Assembly: GCA_041666305.1 (NCBI GenBank)
Contig: JBAYHD010000003.1
Location: 30,266-94,265 of the forward strand
Length of the DNA stretch: 64,000 nt
Source of the DNA: Minisyncoccota bacterium
Lineage (GTDB): Bacteria; Patescibacteriota; Minisyncoccia; Phycocordibacterales; Phycocordibacteraceae
Reading direction: 5' to 3'
Shown: piece after piece, positions 10,302 to 19,431 of the stretch
Position numbering within the stretch: the stretch's first letter is position 1
Layout of the letters: each line of letters begins with the position of its first letter
The notes under the pieces: generated by a model
Databases searched by the model: none
The model's input: only the letters and a program-made list of their open reading frames with translations
What the model was told of the DNA's origin: nothing
Translations under genes and position numbers: made by a program

Positions 10302-11315
10302 ATGAAAATATCTAACAGTGTTTCAGTAGTTGCCTCTGTTTCTTTCGCGCTCAGCCTCATCGTCCCGATGACGGCGCTCGCGGCAACGACGCCTTCACTC
10401 GGAACGGCGGCGTCATATGCCGTTCTTGGCAGTACCTATACCAACACATCGGCAACGACCATCAACGGAAGCGTTGGATTCACCACGGGTCCGGCAGTCG
10501 CACCAGTGGGCACACATGCGAATTACGGTAGCGGCGCTCCGTATGCTACGGCAGGCACGGACCAGGGCAGTGCCTTATCTTCCTTGGCTTCGCAAGCGTG
10601 TACGTTCACATTCGCGGGCGGAGCGATCAACCTTTCTACCGACACGACGCATGGTGCCATCGGCGTGTACACTCCCGGCGTGTATTGCAGCTCGGGCGCA
10701 ATGGATGTGGGAGGCTCTCTGACGCTGAACGGTAATGGAACGTATATCTTCCGAGCCGTCGGTGCGCTCACCACGACTGCCGGTGCAGTCGTTACCCTAA
10801 GCGGTGCATCAGCATGTGATGTGTTCTGGACGCCGAGCGCGGCTACGACGCTTGCCGCCAATACGACGTTCGCAGGAACGGTCATCAGCGATGCAGGCAT
10901 TACCGTGGGAGCAAATTCCACATGGCAGGGCCTCGCGCTTTCGTTCGGCGGGACGGTTACGACCGATACGGACATCATTACCGCGCCAACCTGTTCAACC
11001 CCTGTTCCAACCCCGCCCGCTCCCGTCTACGGCTGCATGGATTCAACAGCAACGAATTACAACGCAAGTGCCACAAGCCAGACGGGCGTCACCTGCACCT
11101 TCCCGGTTGTGCCGACGGTTACAACCCAGAACGTTGTAACCCCGACTGTGACCACCCCAACAGTCACCACAACCACGACGGTTACCCCAACGCTTCCCAA
11201 TGCAGGACTTCCTCCTCGCGGAACGAATTCCGCATCGGATGCGGCAATGGTGACCGGCATTCTCATGATGATTCTAGTCTCGCTCCCGGCCATTCAGAAG
11301 AAACTCAAAGTTTAG
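10302..11315 (+). CDS. secreted ice-binding-like (DUF3494) surface protein with Thr/Pro-rich stalk and C-terminal sorting signal (LPNAG + TM + KKLK)
   Basis: Signal peptide; LGTAASYAVLGSTYTNTSATTINGSVGFTTGPAV matches DUF3494/ice-binding N-terminal consensus; TPTVTT repeats; C-term TLPNAGLPPRGTNSASDAAMVTGILMMILVSLPAIQKKLKV. Confidence 0.5.
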   Translation: MKISNSVSVVASVSFALSLIVPMTALAATTPSLGTAASYAVLGSTYTNTSATTINGSVGFTTGPAVAPVGTHANYGSGAPYATAGTDQGSALSSLASQACTFTFAGGAINLSTDTTHGAIGVYTPGVYCSSGAMDVGGSLTLNGNGTYIFRAVGALTTTAGAVVTLSGASACDVFWTPSAATTLAANTTFAGTVISDAGITVGANSTWQGLALSFGGTVTTDTDIITAPTCSTPVPTPPAPVYGCMDSTATNYNASATSQTGVTCTFPVVPTVTTQNVVTPTVTTPTVTTTTTVTPTLPNAGLPPRGTNSASDAAMVTGILMMILVSLPAIQKKLKV

Positions 11316-11359
11316 TTTAAAGCGTCAAAACCAGCAAAAGCCCCGCGTACGCGGGGCTT

Positions 11360-11800
11360 TTGCTGATATACTCAGATGAACGCACGCTTCCTATGGGTTA
11401 CCACACCAACATCATCAAGAATACTCAGACGAATGAAAATTTTCGGCAAGTCCTGTTCACCGGCTCGAACAGTCAGCTCGTCGTCATGAGCATTCCGCCG
11501 GGCGGGGAAGTCGGGAAAGAGACCCATAAATACACCGAACAAACACTTTTCTTCCTTTCAGGAACGGGCGAAGGAGAATTTGATGGAAAAAAGTTTTCAA
11601 TTGGTCCCGGCGATGTCGCCGTCGTGGTGCCTGGTACCGAACACAATTTCGTGAACACCGGTACGGAACCACTGAAAATTTATACCGTCTATGCACCGCC
11701 GAATCACCTCGATGGTCGCGTACACGCCACGAAAGCTGCCGCTGATGCCGATATGCTTGATGAAGCCGTCGGTGAGACTCCGCCAGCCTGCATTAAATGA
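11360..11800 (+). CDS. cupin-domain protein
   Basis: GEVGKETHKYTEQTLFFLSGTGEGEFDGKKFSIGPGDVAVVVPGTEHNFVN cupin_2 motifs; likely true start ATG 11393. Confidence 0.6.
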   Translation: MLIYSDERTLPMGYHTNIIKNTQTNENFRQVLFTGSNSQLVVMSIPPGGEVGKETHKYTEQTLFFLSGTGEGEFDGKKFSIGPGDVAVVVPGTEHNFVNTGTEPLKIYTVYAPPNHLDGRVHATKAAADADMLDEAVGETPPACIK

Positions 11801-12381
11801 ATTTTCCGAGACACATACTGAAATGGGCGTGGTTCATCGGCGGAGCAACGTTGGTCGCATTTTCCACGATAGTCATTCTTTTGCCGGACAGTACGTCGGT
11901 TTCTGCGGAAAGTGTTCCAATTTCATCGCAGGCGGCCTCTTCGTTTCCGGTCCGTCTCAAAATTCCGGCAATACAAGTTGACGCCGCCATTGAGCATTTA
12001 GGTCTTGCTCCTGATGGTGCGATGGATACGCCGAAAGGTCCCTCGGACGTAGCATGGTTCGACAAAGGCACTCTCCCTGGAGAGAATGGCAGTGCCGTGA
12101 TCGCCGGACACTTCGGCTGGAAAGACAACATCCCTGCGGTTTTTGATAATCTATCTACCTTGCGGAAGGGCGACAAACTATATGTCGAAAATGATAAAGG
12201 AGAACTGACGACGTTCGTGGTGCGCGAATCAAGATTGTTTGGCGAGAACGGGAACGCCGCCGAAGTGTTCAATTCAAGCGACGGCAAAGCGCATCTGAAT
12301 CTAATCACCTGCGAGGGAGTCTGGAACAAAGAGACGAAAAGTTATTCGGAGCGTCTCGTAGTGTTTACGGATAAAGAATAA
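11797..12381 (+). CDS. sortase-family transpeptidase
   Basis: N-terminal TM anchor; catalytic His (AGHFGW), TLxTC-type motif NLITCEG, downstream Arg; overlaps previous gene stop (ATGA). Confidence 0.7.
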   Translation: MNFPRHILKWAWFIGGATLVAFSTIVILLPDSTSVSAESVPISSQAASSFPVRLKIPAIQVDAAIEHLGLAPDGAMDTPKGPSDVAWFDKGTLPGENGSAVIAGHFGWKDNIPAVFDNLSTLRKGDKLYVENDKGELTTFVVRESRLFGENGNAAEVFNSSDGKAHLNLITCEGVWNKETKSYSERLVVFTDKE

Positions 12382-12382
12382 A

Positions 12383-12425
12383 AAAACCTTCCGCTTGATT
12401 CCCCGATAGGGGAGCGGAAGGGTCG
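12383..12425. terminator. bidirectional terminator hairpin CCTTCCGCT...AGCGGAAGG
   Basis: Perfect 9-bp stem flanked by A-run (left) and between convergent genes. Confidence 0.45.
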
Positions 12426-12787
12426 TTGGTAGTCGGCCTAGTTTGAACTGCTGCCACCTGGCCCGGCGCCGAAGCCGGGTGGTAGCACCTGCGTGTCGGT
12501 CGCGCGCTTGTCATTGGCGAAGTTGAGGTCGGCACCCCACGTGAGGTTTTGTTCCGCCTCTTCCAGAAGCTTGCCTGCTCCCAGAGCGCTGATACCAAGC
12601 GTTTGGGCGATTCGAGCTCTCACTGAAGCACGGTCGAATTTGATGGGTCTGGCGAACATAGCATTCCTTTCCTGAAAAGTTGATGGGACAAGCAGCCTAT
12701 AGCGTATGCCACGTATAGACCATTGTCAATGGGCGATGGTTGAAACCGCTTTTTCAGGTAGGGATTATATGGTACAAATGACGAATT

Positions 12788-12863
12788 GCCGCCTTAGCTC
12801 AGTTGGTAGAGCAACGCACCCGTAACGCGTAGGTCCTCGGTTCAAGCCCGAGAGGCGGCTCCA
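12788..12863 (+). tRNA. tRNA-Thr (anticodon CGT), CCA encoded
   Basis: Acceptor GCCGCCT/AGGCGGC, D-arm identical to the other tRNA-Thr, anticodon loop CCCGTAA, T-arm GGTCCTCGGTTCAAGCCCGAG. Confidence 0.7.
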
Positions 12864-12908
12864 AAATAGTGCGATTGCATAGATTGCAAAAAGTCATACA
12901 ATTGAGGC

Positions 12909-13283
12909 ATGAATATGAACCAAATGGGAGAAGCAGAACATAATGGAACGACTGAGGCGGCGAGACAGCGAGCCATCGAGCATGCGGCATTCATTGAACC
13001 ACGCACAGCCGAGAAGGACAGTTCGCTCGCACGACAGGAAGCAATACAGGCGGAGGTTAGCAAATTGAATGCCGAATTGAAGGCGGGAGTTGAGAGTGCA
13101 TCAAAACAGAATGACGCGGCGGCCATCCAGCTCGGTATTGATCTGCGCAATGCGACATTGGAGCAGCTCAAAAAATTAAGGGCCGAATACGCTGAACTCG
13201 GGGAGAGGGTACGGGAACTCGGCGGTGAGCCGGCAGAACTCATAGAAGATGAAGAGTCACTAGATTTCACCACCGTTCAGTGA
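12909..13283 (+). CDS. coiled-coil hypothetical protein, in the same frame as prfB and separated from it by one TGA + 4 codons
   Basis: 124 aa, strongly helical/coiled-coil composition; ends ...ELGERVRELGGEPAELIEDEESLDFTTVQ*. Confidence 0.35.
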   Translation: MNMNQMGEAEHNGTTEAARQRAIEHAAFIEPRTAEKDSSLARQEAIQAEVSKLNAELKAGVESASKQNDAAAIQLGIDLRNATLEQLKKLRAEYAELGERVRELGGEPAELIEDEESLDFTTVQ

Positions 13284-13295
13284 TGTTGGTGCGTC

Positions 13296-14174
13296 ATGAC
13301 TGACGATAGGGAAACGCGACTAACGGAACTCGAAGCGCTGATGGCGTCACCCGATTTCTGGGCGGACAAAAATCAAGCGCAAGCGCTGGTGCAAGAATAC
13401 CAAAATCTGAAGGAAGGCGGTTCAGGCGACCCGCATGATGCGGGCAACGCGACTTTGGCCATCCTTGCGGGCGCGGGCGGGGATGATGCCGAAGATTTCG
13501 CCTTCATGCTTCGCCGGATGTACGAGGGCTATGCCGCGAAAAAGGGATGGCGCGTGCGCGAGCTTCATGCAAATGAGAATGAGCACGGCGGGTACAGGAA
13601 TGTGATGCTGGAGATTTCCGGCAGCGGCGCGTACGGCCGCCTGAAGCATGAGGCGGGCGTGCACCGGCTCGTGCGCCAGTCGCCATTCAATGCGAACGCG
13701 AAGCGCCAGACCTCATTTGCTCTCGTGGAAGTGCTACCGACTCTGGTTCCGACCGACAAAATTGAACTCAAACCGGACGATCTCGAAATACAATTCGCCC
13801 GCGCCGGAGGCGCGGGCGGTCAGAACGTGAACAAGCGCGAGACGGCAGTGCGCATCCTGCACAAGCCGACCAACCTTTCCGTACACATTTCAAGCGAACG
13901 CAGCCAGCTCGCGAACCGCGAGAAAGCCATGGAGCTCCTCAAAGCGAAGATTTTTGCAAAAGAAGAAGCCGAGCGCCTCGCTTCTGCGAAGGGTCGTTCT
14001 ATCGCCGCCACCACGGCGAACGAGTGGGGCAGCCAGATACGCTCCTATGTGCTCCATCCCTACAAAATGGTCAAAGACCACCGTACCGAACACGAATCGA
14101 GCAATCCCGACAAAGTTCTTGGCGGCGATTTGGACGAATTCATTGACGCCGCAGTAAATCAACCTTCCGAATAA
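13296..14174 (+). CDS. prfB: peptide chain release factor 2 (reduced domain 1, no frameshift leader)
   Basis: 292 aa; SPF motif ([16 protein letters not shown]), GGQ motif ([19 protein letters not shown]); N-terminus [22 protein letters not shown] aligns to the residues immediately after the canonical +1 frameshift site of RF2. Confidence 0.85.
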   Translation: MTDDRETRLTELEALMASPDFWADKNQAQALVQEYQNLKEGGSGDPHDAGNATLAILAGAGGDDAEDFAFMLRRMYEGYAAKKGWRVRELHANENEHGGYRNVMLEISGSGAYGRLKHEAGVHRLVRQSPFNANAKRQTSFALVEVLPTLVPTDKIELKPDDLEIQFARAGGAGGQNVNKRETAVRILHKPTNLSVHISSERSQLANREKAMELLKAKIFAKEEAERLASAKGRSIAATTANEWGSQIRSYVLHPYKMVKDHRTEHESSNPDKVLGGDLDEFIDAAVNQPSE

Positions 14175-14182
14175 GTTCTTAT

Positions 14183-14938
14183 CCCCAACTTGGCCAACAC
14201 CAGGTGTTGGCCAAGTTGGGGAAGTGCGGGAACATGAACGAATGCCTTTACGGAATGTTGAATTCGCACCCAGTGAACATTATCACCTCTGTATTCGCGG
14301 CAATAACAAACAGGATATCTTCCGGGATGATAGTGATCGTACGCGAATGTTATTCCTCATCACACATCTTCAATCGCCCGAATCTGTTGATAAGATTGGC
14401 AGGATAGTGCAGGAATATCGAAAGACGCGTTCGTGGGATGTGGACCCAGAACTCGTCTCGACAATAATAAAAAATCGCTATGTCGTGCTTGAAGCATTCT
14501 CGTTCATGACAAATCACATACATCTGGGGGTATGTGAGAAGGAAGATCGGGGGACCATGCGATACATGCAACGAGTACTTAACGCATACGCAAAATATTT
14601 CAACACCAAATATGAAATGGTCGGCCATTTATTCCAAGGGCCATATCGAGCCGTGCATATTGGCGACAATGATCAACTGCTCTACACCAACACTTACATT
14701 CATCGAAATCCTCGCGAGTTGCTCGGCGTAGCTGGGAAAGAACATGAATACGAATGGTCGAGCTATCGAGATTATATCGGAACAAATCGTTTCGGAGAGC
14801 TGCTCGATACATCACTCGTACTCGAGCAGTTTGATAGTCCCGCAGACTACCGCGCGTTTGTAGATTCGAGTATTGCAAAGGACGACAGTTATCTCTTCGA
14901 CCCATTCTAAAAATGGCCAACACCAGGTGTTGGCCATT
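14183..14938 (+). mobile_element. REPtron-like unit: RAYT (IS200/Y1-type) transposase gene flanked by REP-like palindromes sharing core GGCCAACACCAGGTGTTGGCC
   Basis: Upstream 39-bp perfect palindrome CCCCAACTTGGCCAACACCAGGTGTTGGCCAAGTTGGGG (14183-14221); downstream 27-bp palindrome AATGGCCAACACCAGGTGTTGGCCATT (14912-14938). Confidence 0.6.
14224..14910 (+). CDS. REP-associated tyrosine transposase (RAYT) / IS200-like Y1 HUH transposase
   Basis: 228 aa; HUH motif NHIHLGV and catalytic Tyr in YIHRNP; size and layout of Transposase_17 family. Confidence 0.75.
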   Translation: MREHERMPLRNVEFAPSEHYHLCIRGNNKQDIFRDDSDRTRMLFLITHLQSPESVDKIGRIVQEYRKTRSWDVDPELVSTIIKNRYVVLEAFSFMTNHIHLGVCEKEDRGTMRYMQRVLNAYAKYFNTKYEMVGHLFQGPYRAVHIGDNDQLLYTNTYIHRNPRELLGVAGKEHEYEWSSYRDYIGTNRFGELLDTSLVLEQFDSPADYRAFVDSSIAKDDSYLFDPF

Positions 14939-14975
14939 ACTGCGTGTGATGCTCGAGTGGTACAATAATTAACGC

Positions 14976-15227
14976 ATGAGAAAGATATCAAAGATATTTG
15001 CAATTTTGAGTTTTTGGATTGGTATTTGCGCTATTCTCTTCGGCATTTCTGGACATTCCATAGGTTTAGATCGGCCGATTTTTGCTTTTGATTCTTCACC
15101 AACCCCTATTAATCCAGATGTCATTTTCTGGAGCCCTGTTATTGGCGTTGCTATGGTTCTTTTTTCAATGCTTATTTTCGTTGTTTCTGGGGGTTTGCGA
15201 AACTGGTGGTTGAAGACAAACAACTGA
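14976..15227 (+). CDS. small two-TM membrane protein, hypothetical
   Basis: 83 aa, two hydrophobic helices; no motif. Confidence 0.3.
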   Translation: MRKISKIFAILSFWIGICAILFGISGHSIGLDRPIFAFDSSPTPINPDVIFWSPVIGVAMVLFSMLIFVVSGGLRNWWLKTNN

Positions 15228-15247
15228 GGTACAATAGGAAACGACGC

Positions 15248-15925
15248 ATGATTTATTTCGACAAGGTGACGAAACGATACGGGAACATGGCAGCACTGGA
15301 AGGAGTCACTCTCTCCGTCGCCCCCAAAGAATTCGTCTCCATCGTCGGCCACTCGGGCGCAGGGAAGACCACACTCCTCAAACTTCTTCTCGCAGAAGAA
15401 AGCCCCTCCGAGGGCAATGTCTTTTTTGAATCCATCGATGTGAACGACCTGCCGAGTTCGGCACTGCATCATTACCGCCGGAAGATTGGCATGGTCTTTC
15501 AGGATTTTCGTCTTATCCCGAACAAAACCGCGTATGAAAATATCGCGTTCGCGATGGAAGCGGCAGGTCGTTCGGATGATGAAATTAGAAGCGATGTGCC
15601 GTACATCCTTGAGCTCGTAAATCTTGCCGATAAGTCCAAACATTTCCCCGATCAGCTTTCGGGCGGAGAAAAACAACGCATCGCCATCGGCCGCGCAATC
15701 ATCAACCAGCCGGACCTCATCGTCGCCGACGAGCCGACGGGAAACCTGGACCCCATCAACACCTATGAGATCGTGGAAATTTTGAAAAAGATAAACGAAC
15801 TTGGGACGACCATTATTATCACGACGCACAACAAAGGCGTGGTCGACGCCATCGGGAAGCGCGTGGTCACCATTGACCGCGGGAAGTTGGTGCGCGATGA
15901 CGCGGATGGAAAGTATATACTGTAG
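15248..15925 (+). CDS. ftsE: cell-division ABC ATPase FtsE
   Basis: [24 protein letters not shown]...[36 protein letters not shown]; followed by ftsX. ORF track start 15206 is same frame. Confidence 0.85.
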   Translation: MIYFDKVTKRYGNMAALEGVTLSVAPKEFVSIVGHSGAGKTTLLKLLLAEESPSEGNVFFESIDVNDLPSSALHHYRRKIGMVFQDFRLIPNKTAYENIAFAMEAAGRSDDEIRSDVPYILELVNLADKSKHFPDQLSGGEKQRIAIGRAIINQPDLIVADEPTGNLDPINTYEIVEILKKINELGTTIIITTHNKGVVDAIGKRVVTIDRGKLVRDDADGKYIL

Positions 15926-16066
15926 ATATGACCCGACACACTACAAAGGCGTTGTCTGACACACAGAAGCAGTGTGTCAGACGGCATGATTTCCTTCGTG
16001 GAAACAGTATGGTCATTCGAGTAGTAGGTCGTTTACTAGTACCTAAGGCGGCCGACGCCTTTTAGT

Positions 16067-17002
16067 GTGACGGGTATGACCTGGATGATTATTAAACGAG
16101 TACTGGTAAGCGGATGGAAAAATTTCGTCCGCGGCGGCGCTGTCTCCGCAGCGACCGTGCTCATCATGACGGTCACGCTTGCCATCATCGGTTCGCTCAT
16201 CTTTCTTTCCGCGCTTCTCACCTACACGCTCGTAACGGTGAGTGAAAAAGTCGATGTCTCCGTCTATTTCGTCACCACCGCGAACGAGCAGGATATCTTT
16301 GCGGTGAAAGACCAGCTTGAAAAACTGCCGCAGGTCGCAAGCGTCTCTTACACCTCCGCGGACGAGGCGCTCACGGCTTTCCGCGCGCGCCATGCGAGCG
16401 ACCAGCTCACCCTCCAGGCACTCAACGAACTCGGCGGCAACCCGCTCGATGCTTCGCTTGAGGTACGCGCGAAAGACCCGTCCCAATACGAGAGTATCGT
16501 GAAGTTCCTTGAGGCGTCGCCGGCACTCTCCACCGGCGGCACCTCCATTGTGGACCGCATCAATTACGCACAAAACAAAGAAGTCATTGACCGGCTCTCA
16601 CTCGCTATTTCAGCGACGCGCGAGATCGGCTTTGCGGTGGTCATTCTCTTCGCCATTGCCTCCATTCTCATCGCTTTCGCAACAGTACGCCTCGCCATCT
16701 ATACCGCCAAGGACGAGATCGCAGTGATGCGGCTGGTGGGTGCGAGCAATAACTATATCCAGGGCCCCTTCGTCGTCACTGGCATCATTACCGGCATCGT
16801 TGCCTCGGCGCTCGTCCTGCTTCTTCTGTGGCCGGCGACGTGGTACGCCGGTACGAAAACGGAGGGATGGTTCGGCGGATTCAATATCGCGAATTATTAC
16901 GCGGACCATTTTGCCTTCATATTTTGCATATTGATACTTTCCGGTCTTGCGCTTGGCGCCGTTGCCTCGGTGTTCGCTATTCGTAGGTATCTAAAAGTCT
17001 AG
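16067..17002 (+). CDS. ftsX: cell-division permease FtsX
   Basis: 311 aa; N-terminal TM, large periplasmic loop, three C-terminal TMs; gene order ftsE-ftsX. Confidence 0.8.
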   Translation: MTGMTWMIIKRVLVSGWKNFVRGGAVSAATVLIMTVTLAIIGSLIFLSALLTYTLVTVSEKVDVSVYFVTTANEQDIFAVKDQLEKLPQVASVSYTSADEALTAFRARHASDQLTLQALNELGGNPLDASLEVRAKDPSQYESIVKFLEASPALSTGGTSIVDRINYAQNKEVIDRLSLAISATREIGFAVVILFAIASILIAFATVRLAIYTAKDEIAVMRLVGASNNYIQGPFVVTGIITGIVASALVLLLLWPATWYAGTKTEGWFGGFNIANYYADHFAFIFCILILSGLALGAVASVFAIRRYLKV

Positions 17003-17005
17003 TGT

Positions 17006-18661
17006 ATGGCAAAAGAAGGTCACAAATACATATTCGTATTAGGCGGGGTCATGAGCGGCGTCGGCAAGGGTGTCGTCACCAGTTCCATCGGCCTCTTGCT
17101 CCAGCAGAAAGGGTATCCGGTGAATCTGGTGAAGGTGGACCCGTATCTGAACGTGGATGCAGGGACGATGAATCCCACCGAACACGGCGAGGTGTTCGTG
17201 CTGAAGTCCGGTATGGAGACGGACCAAGACATGGGCAATTATGAACGCTTCCTCGGACGCGACCTTACCAATGAGGACTACATGACCAGCGGTATGGTGT
17301 ACCAGTCGGTCATCGCCCGTGAAAGGGCGCTCGGCTACGGCGGCAAGTGTGTGGAAGCCATTCCGCACGTGCGCGACGAGATCCTCACGAGGATCGAAAG
17401 CGCGGCTTCCTACAACGGAAGCCGCGTCTCCGTTATTGAGATCGGTGGCACTATCGGCGATTTCCAGAACGCGCTGTTCATCGAGGCCGCGCGCGTGCTG
17501 AAAATGAAATATCCCGACGACGTGCTCTTCGTGATGGTCTCGTACTTGCCGACGCCCGGCACCCTCGGTGAGATGAAGACCAAGCCGACGCAGACGGCAG
17601 TGCGCGACCTCAACTCCTACGGCGTCCAGCCGGACTTTATCATTGCGCGCTCCAAAGAGACGGTGGATGAAAAACGGAAAGAGAAGCTCGCTATCTGGTG
17701 CAATGTGCGTCGCGATCGCATCATCTCCGCACCGGACATCAGCAGCATTTACGAAGCGCCGCTCAATTTTGAGAAAGATAAACTCGGCGATGCGATGCTC
17801 GACGCGCTCAAATTGCCGGAGAAGCGCCGGGCATCACTCGCCGCGTGGAAGAAATTCGCGCTCGCGGCGGTCAACACGAAAGCACCGGAGATACAGATAG
17901 CCATTGTCGGGAAATATTTTGATACAGGCAACTTCGTGCTCTCCGATGCGTATCTTTCGGTCATTGAAGCAATCAAATTCTCAGCAGCGAAATTGAATCG
18001 CCACGCCGTCATTACGTGGGTCAATTCCAAGGACATAGAGAAGGGGACGAAAGGCGTTGCCGAGCTTCGAAAATATCACGGTATCATCGTCCCCGGCGGT
18101 TTCGGCGAGAGCGGCATTGAAGGGAAGATAAAGGCCATCCAATACGCGCGTGAGAAAAAGATCCCGTATTTCGGCCTCTGCTACGGCATGCAATTGATGG
18201 TCATTGAATATGCGCGCAATGTGCTCAAACTAAAAAATGCGCACACGACTGAAATCCAGAAAAATTCCGAAGACCCGGTGGTGGATGTGATGTTGGAACA
18301 GAAAAAACACCTCGCCGACAATAAATACGGCGGTACGATGCGCCTCGGTTCGTACCCGGCGTATCTTAAAAAGGGCACGATGGCGCGTGCGGCGTACAAA
18401 AAAGAATTGGTGGAGGAACGCCATCGCCATCGCTATGAGATCAACCCCGCGTATGTGAAGCCGCTTGAAGACGCCGGTCTCGTGTTCTCCGGCACCAGCC
18501 CCGACGGCGTTTTGATGGAAATTGCAGAGCTCCCGCGCAAGGTGCACCCATTTATGCTCGGAACGCAATTCCATCCCGAGTTCCAGGCGCGCCCGCTTAC
18601 TCCGCATCCTTTGTTTACTGAATTCCTCAAGGCCGCTATCTCTCGCAAGCGCAAGAAATAA
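17006..18661 (+). CDS. pyrG: CTP synthase
   Basis: 551 aa; KYIFVLGGVMSGVGKGVVTSSIGLLL N-terminus, glutamine amidotransferase C-domain (GLCYGMQ, HPEF). Confidence 0.95.
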   Translation: MAKEGHKYIFVLGGVMSGVGKGVVTSSIGLLLQQKGYPVNLVKVDPYLNVDAGTMNPTEHGEVFVLKSGMETDQDMGNYERFLGRDLTNEDYMTSGMVYQSVIARERALGYGGKCVEAIPHVRDEILTRIESAASYNGSRVSVIEIGGTIGDFQNALFIEAARVLKMKYPDDVLFVMVSYLPTPGTLGEMKTKPTQTAVRDLNSYGVQPDFIIARSKETVDEKRKEKLAIWCNVRRDRIISAPDISSIYEAPLNFEKDKLGDAMLDALKLPEKRRASLAAWKKFALAAVNTKAPEIQIAIVGKYFDTGNFVLSDAYLSVIEAIKFSAAKLNRHAVITWVNSKDIEKGTKGVAELRKYHGIIVPGGFGESGIEGKIKAIQYAREKKIPYFGLCYGMQLMVIEYARNVLKLKNAHTTEIQKNSEDPVVDVMLEQKKHLADNKYGGTMRLGSYPAYLKKGTMARAAYKKELVEERHRHRYEINPAYVKPLEDAGLVFSGTSPDGVLMEIAELPRKVHPFMLGTQFHPEFQARPLTPHPLFTEFLKAAISRKRKK

Positions 18662-18680
18662 AAAGGACTTACGAACATTT

Positions 18681-19430
18681 TTAAGAGAGGGTGCGGCGGA
18701 TGTCTTCGGTGAGGAGATCGACCTCTTTAAAAAATTGCGAGGAGCGCGTGTCACGCGGGCGCATAAGGTTGATAGGGATTGTTTTTTCAATATGGCCCGG
18801 ATGTCCCGCCATGATGAGGACGTGATCGGAAAGTTCAATGGCATCGGGAATGAGATGGTTCACCATGAGGATGGTCATGCCGTAGGAACGCCATATTTTG
18901 AGCAGATCGGCCTTGAGCGCTTCGGACGTAATGGTATCCAAATTCGAGAACGGCTCGTCCATGATAAGGAGATCAGGCGATATCGCGAGCGCACGCGCGA
19001 GGCCCACCCGCTGGCGCTGGCCGCCCGAGAGGGCGGCAGGGTAGTGCTTCTCCAGGTGCGCGAGGCCGACTTCGCGCAGTTTTTCGCGCGCGATACGTTC
19101 GCGCTCTTTTCTCCCCATGCCGTCCATCCTCAGTCCGAACGCGATATTATCGAGCGTTGAAAGCCAGGGGAAGAGCGCATAATTCTGGAATACCATCGCT
19201 GGTCGCGAGAAATTGCGCACGATCTCGCCGCTTTCGTGCGGCATGAGGCCCAGAATGACGCGCATGAGCGTAGACTTTCCCGCGCCCGAAGGCCCGATGA
19301 GGGAGACGAACGAGCCTTTCGGCACGGAGAACGTCATGTCTTTTATTGCGGGTGCGCTCTTCTTTTTTTCATCAGCGAAGCGTGCACATACGCGCGAGAG
19401 GACAAGAGCCATGTCCGATGAGTTTTCCAT
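18681..19430 (-). CDS. ABC transporter ATP-binding protein (NitT/TauT-family, SsuB/TauB-like)
   Basis: GPSGAGKSTLMRVILGL, LSGGQRQRVGLARALA, IMDEPFSNLD. Confidence 0.85.
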   Translation of the reverse strand: MENSSDMALVLSRVCARFADEKKKSAPAIKDMTFSVPKGSFVSLIGPSGAGKSTLMRVILGLMPHESGEIVRNFSRPAMVFQNYALFPWLSTLDNIAFGLRMDGMGRKERERIAREKLREVGLAHLEKHYPAALSGGQRQRVGLARALAISPDLLIMDEPFSNLDTITSEALKADLLKIWRSYGMTILMVNHLIPDAIELSDHVLIMAGHPGHIEKTIPINLMRPRDTRSSQFFKEVDLLTEDIRRTLS

Positions 19431-19431
19431 A

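Noticed and set aside
13230-13310. Canonical prfB +1 frameshift site (CTT TGA C with upstream SD-like element)
   Set aside because: Searched all frames around the RF2 start: no CTTTGAC, no short out-of-frame leader; TGA triplets at 13297 and 13301 are not preceded by a slippery codon and their frames do not connect to the RF2 frame by +1 with a leader ORF.
14969-15829. 286-aa ORF antisense to ftsE
   Set aside because: Shadow ORF of a clearly identified ABC ATPase gene.
18230-18844. 204-aa ORF antisense to the 3' end of pyrG and 5' of the ABC ATPase
   Set aside because: Overlaps two motif-supported genes; no features of its own.
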